The notes under the pieces are model-generated. The model saw only the letters and a list, made by a program, of their open reading frames with translations, did not search any database and was not told the origin of the DNA. From Octopus sinensis (taxonomy: Eukaryota), in assembly GCF_006345805.1 (NCBI RefSeq), contig NW_021833031.1, positions 1 to 64,000 of the forward strand: a stretch of 64,000 nucleotides of DNA. The letters run 5' to 3'. Position 1 is the first letter of the stretch, and the number at the start of each line of letters is the position of its first letter. Positions 63,631 to 64,000 of the stretch are shown in pieces. Made by a program: the position numbers and the translations under genes.

Positions 63631-64000
63631 TGTTGTAAAACATCAAAAAATAAACGAAACACAGGCGTGCGACTGGGTTGAAGGCAGATTTACTTCTGCC
63701 TTTATAGCGCGTAAAGAAAACGGTGTTGTAGGAATGTACGCAGCATGTGTACTACAGCAGTTCTATGCATAGCTTTAATACTGAGATTGGAAGGCAGGGG
63801 TGAATTATGCCTACTTAATCTACGCAAAAATAAAATATTTTGCATTTTATGCATAATAACCAGAGTAACCTTCATAATTTTATTGAATTAGGTGTATATT
63901 TTGCCATTAAGAGAAAATGGTACTCTCGATCTATTTTATTCAGGGAAGGTACTGCCTATCTGGCCTACCCAGGCGACACGCCCCTGTTTTCAAGCCTTCT

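Overview
AT-rich, repeat-saturated animal (eukaryotic) non-coding DNA. It is most likely from an octopus (coleoid cephalopod), inferred from the tRNA-derived CORE-type and Meta-domain SINE families resembling the octopus OR/OK SINEs and the very dense (TA)n/(CA)n/(AAT)n/(CAT)n/(ACT)n microsatellites. I recognise no host protein-coding exon; most ORF-track ORFs are microsatellite translations. Real coding remnants are all transposon-derived: Tc1 transposase N-half (8.1-8.8 kb), RTE-clade 3' end (29.3-29.8 kb), two L1/Tx1 ORF2 fragments abutting (TCTA)n (47.7-49.0 and 50.55-50.78 kb), R4/Dong-like pieces in (AAT)n, a decayed CR1/L2-like RT (61 kb) and a mariner N-terminus (63.2-63.5 kb). Non-autonomous DNA elements include a hAT MITE, a mariner MITE, two Helitron-like elements and a young 1.9-kb foldback element with ~590-bp modular TIRs and a perfect 8-bp TSD (30124-32028). 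The most notable signal is a set of minimal type-I hammerhead-ribozyme motifs of the kind associated with Penelope-like elements. Two have intact cores (26568-26602 +, 50972-51014 -) and several are decayed. They sit in short tail repeats, in fold-back palindromes, in a 3.4-kb inverted structure and in a tRNA-headed SINE-like unit (23.7-24.3 kb). All calls come from reading the sequence by eye; no alignment, folding or database search was run, and SINE boundaries are approximate.
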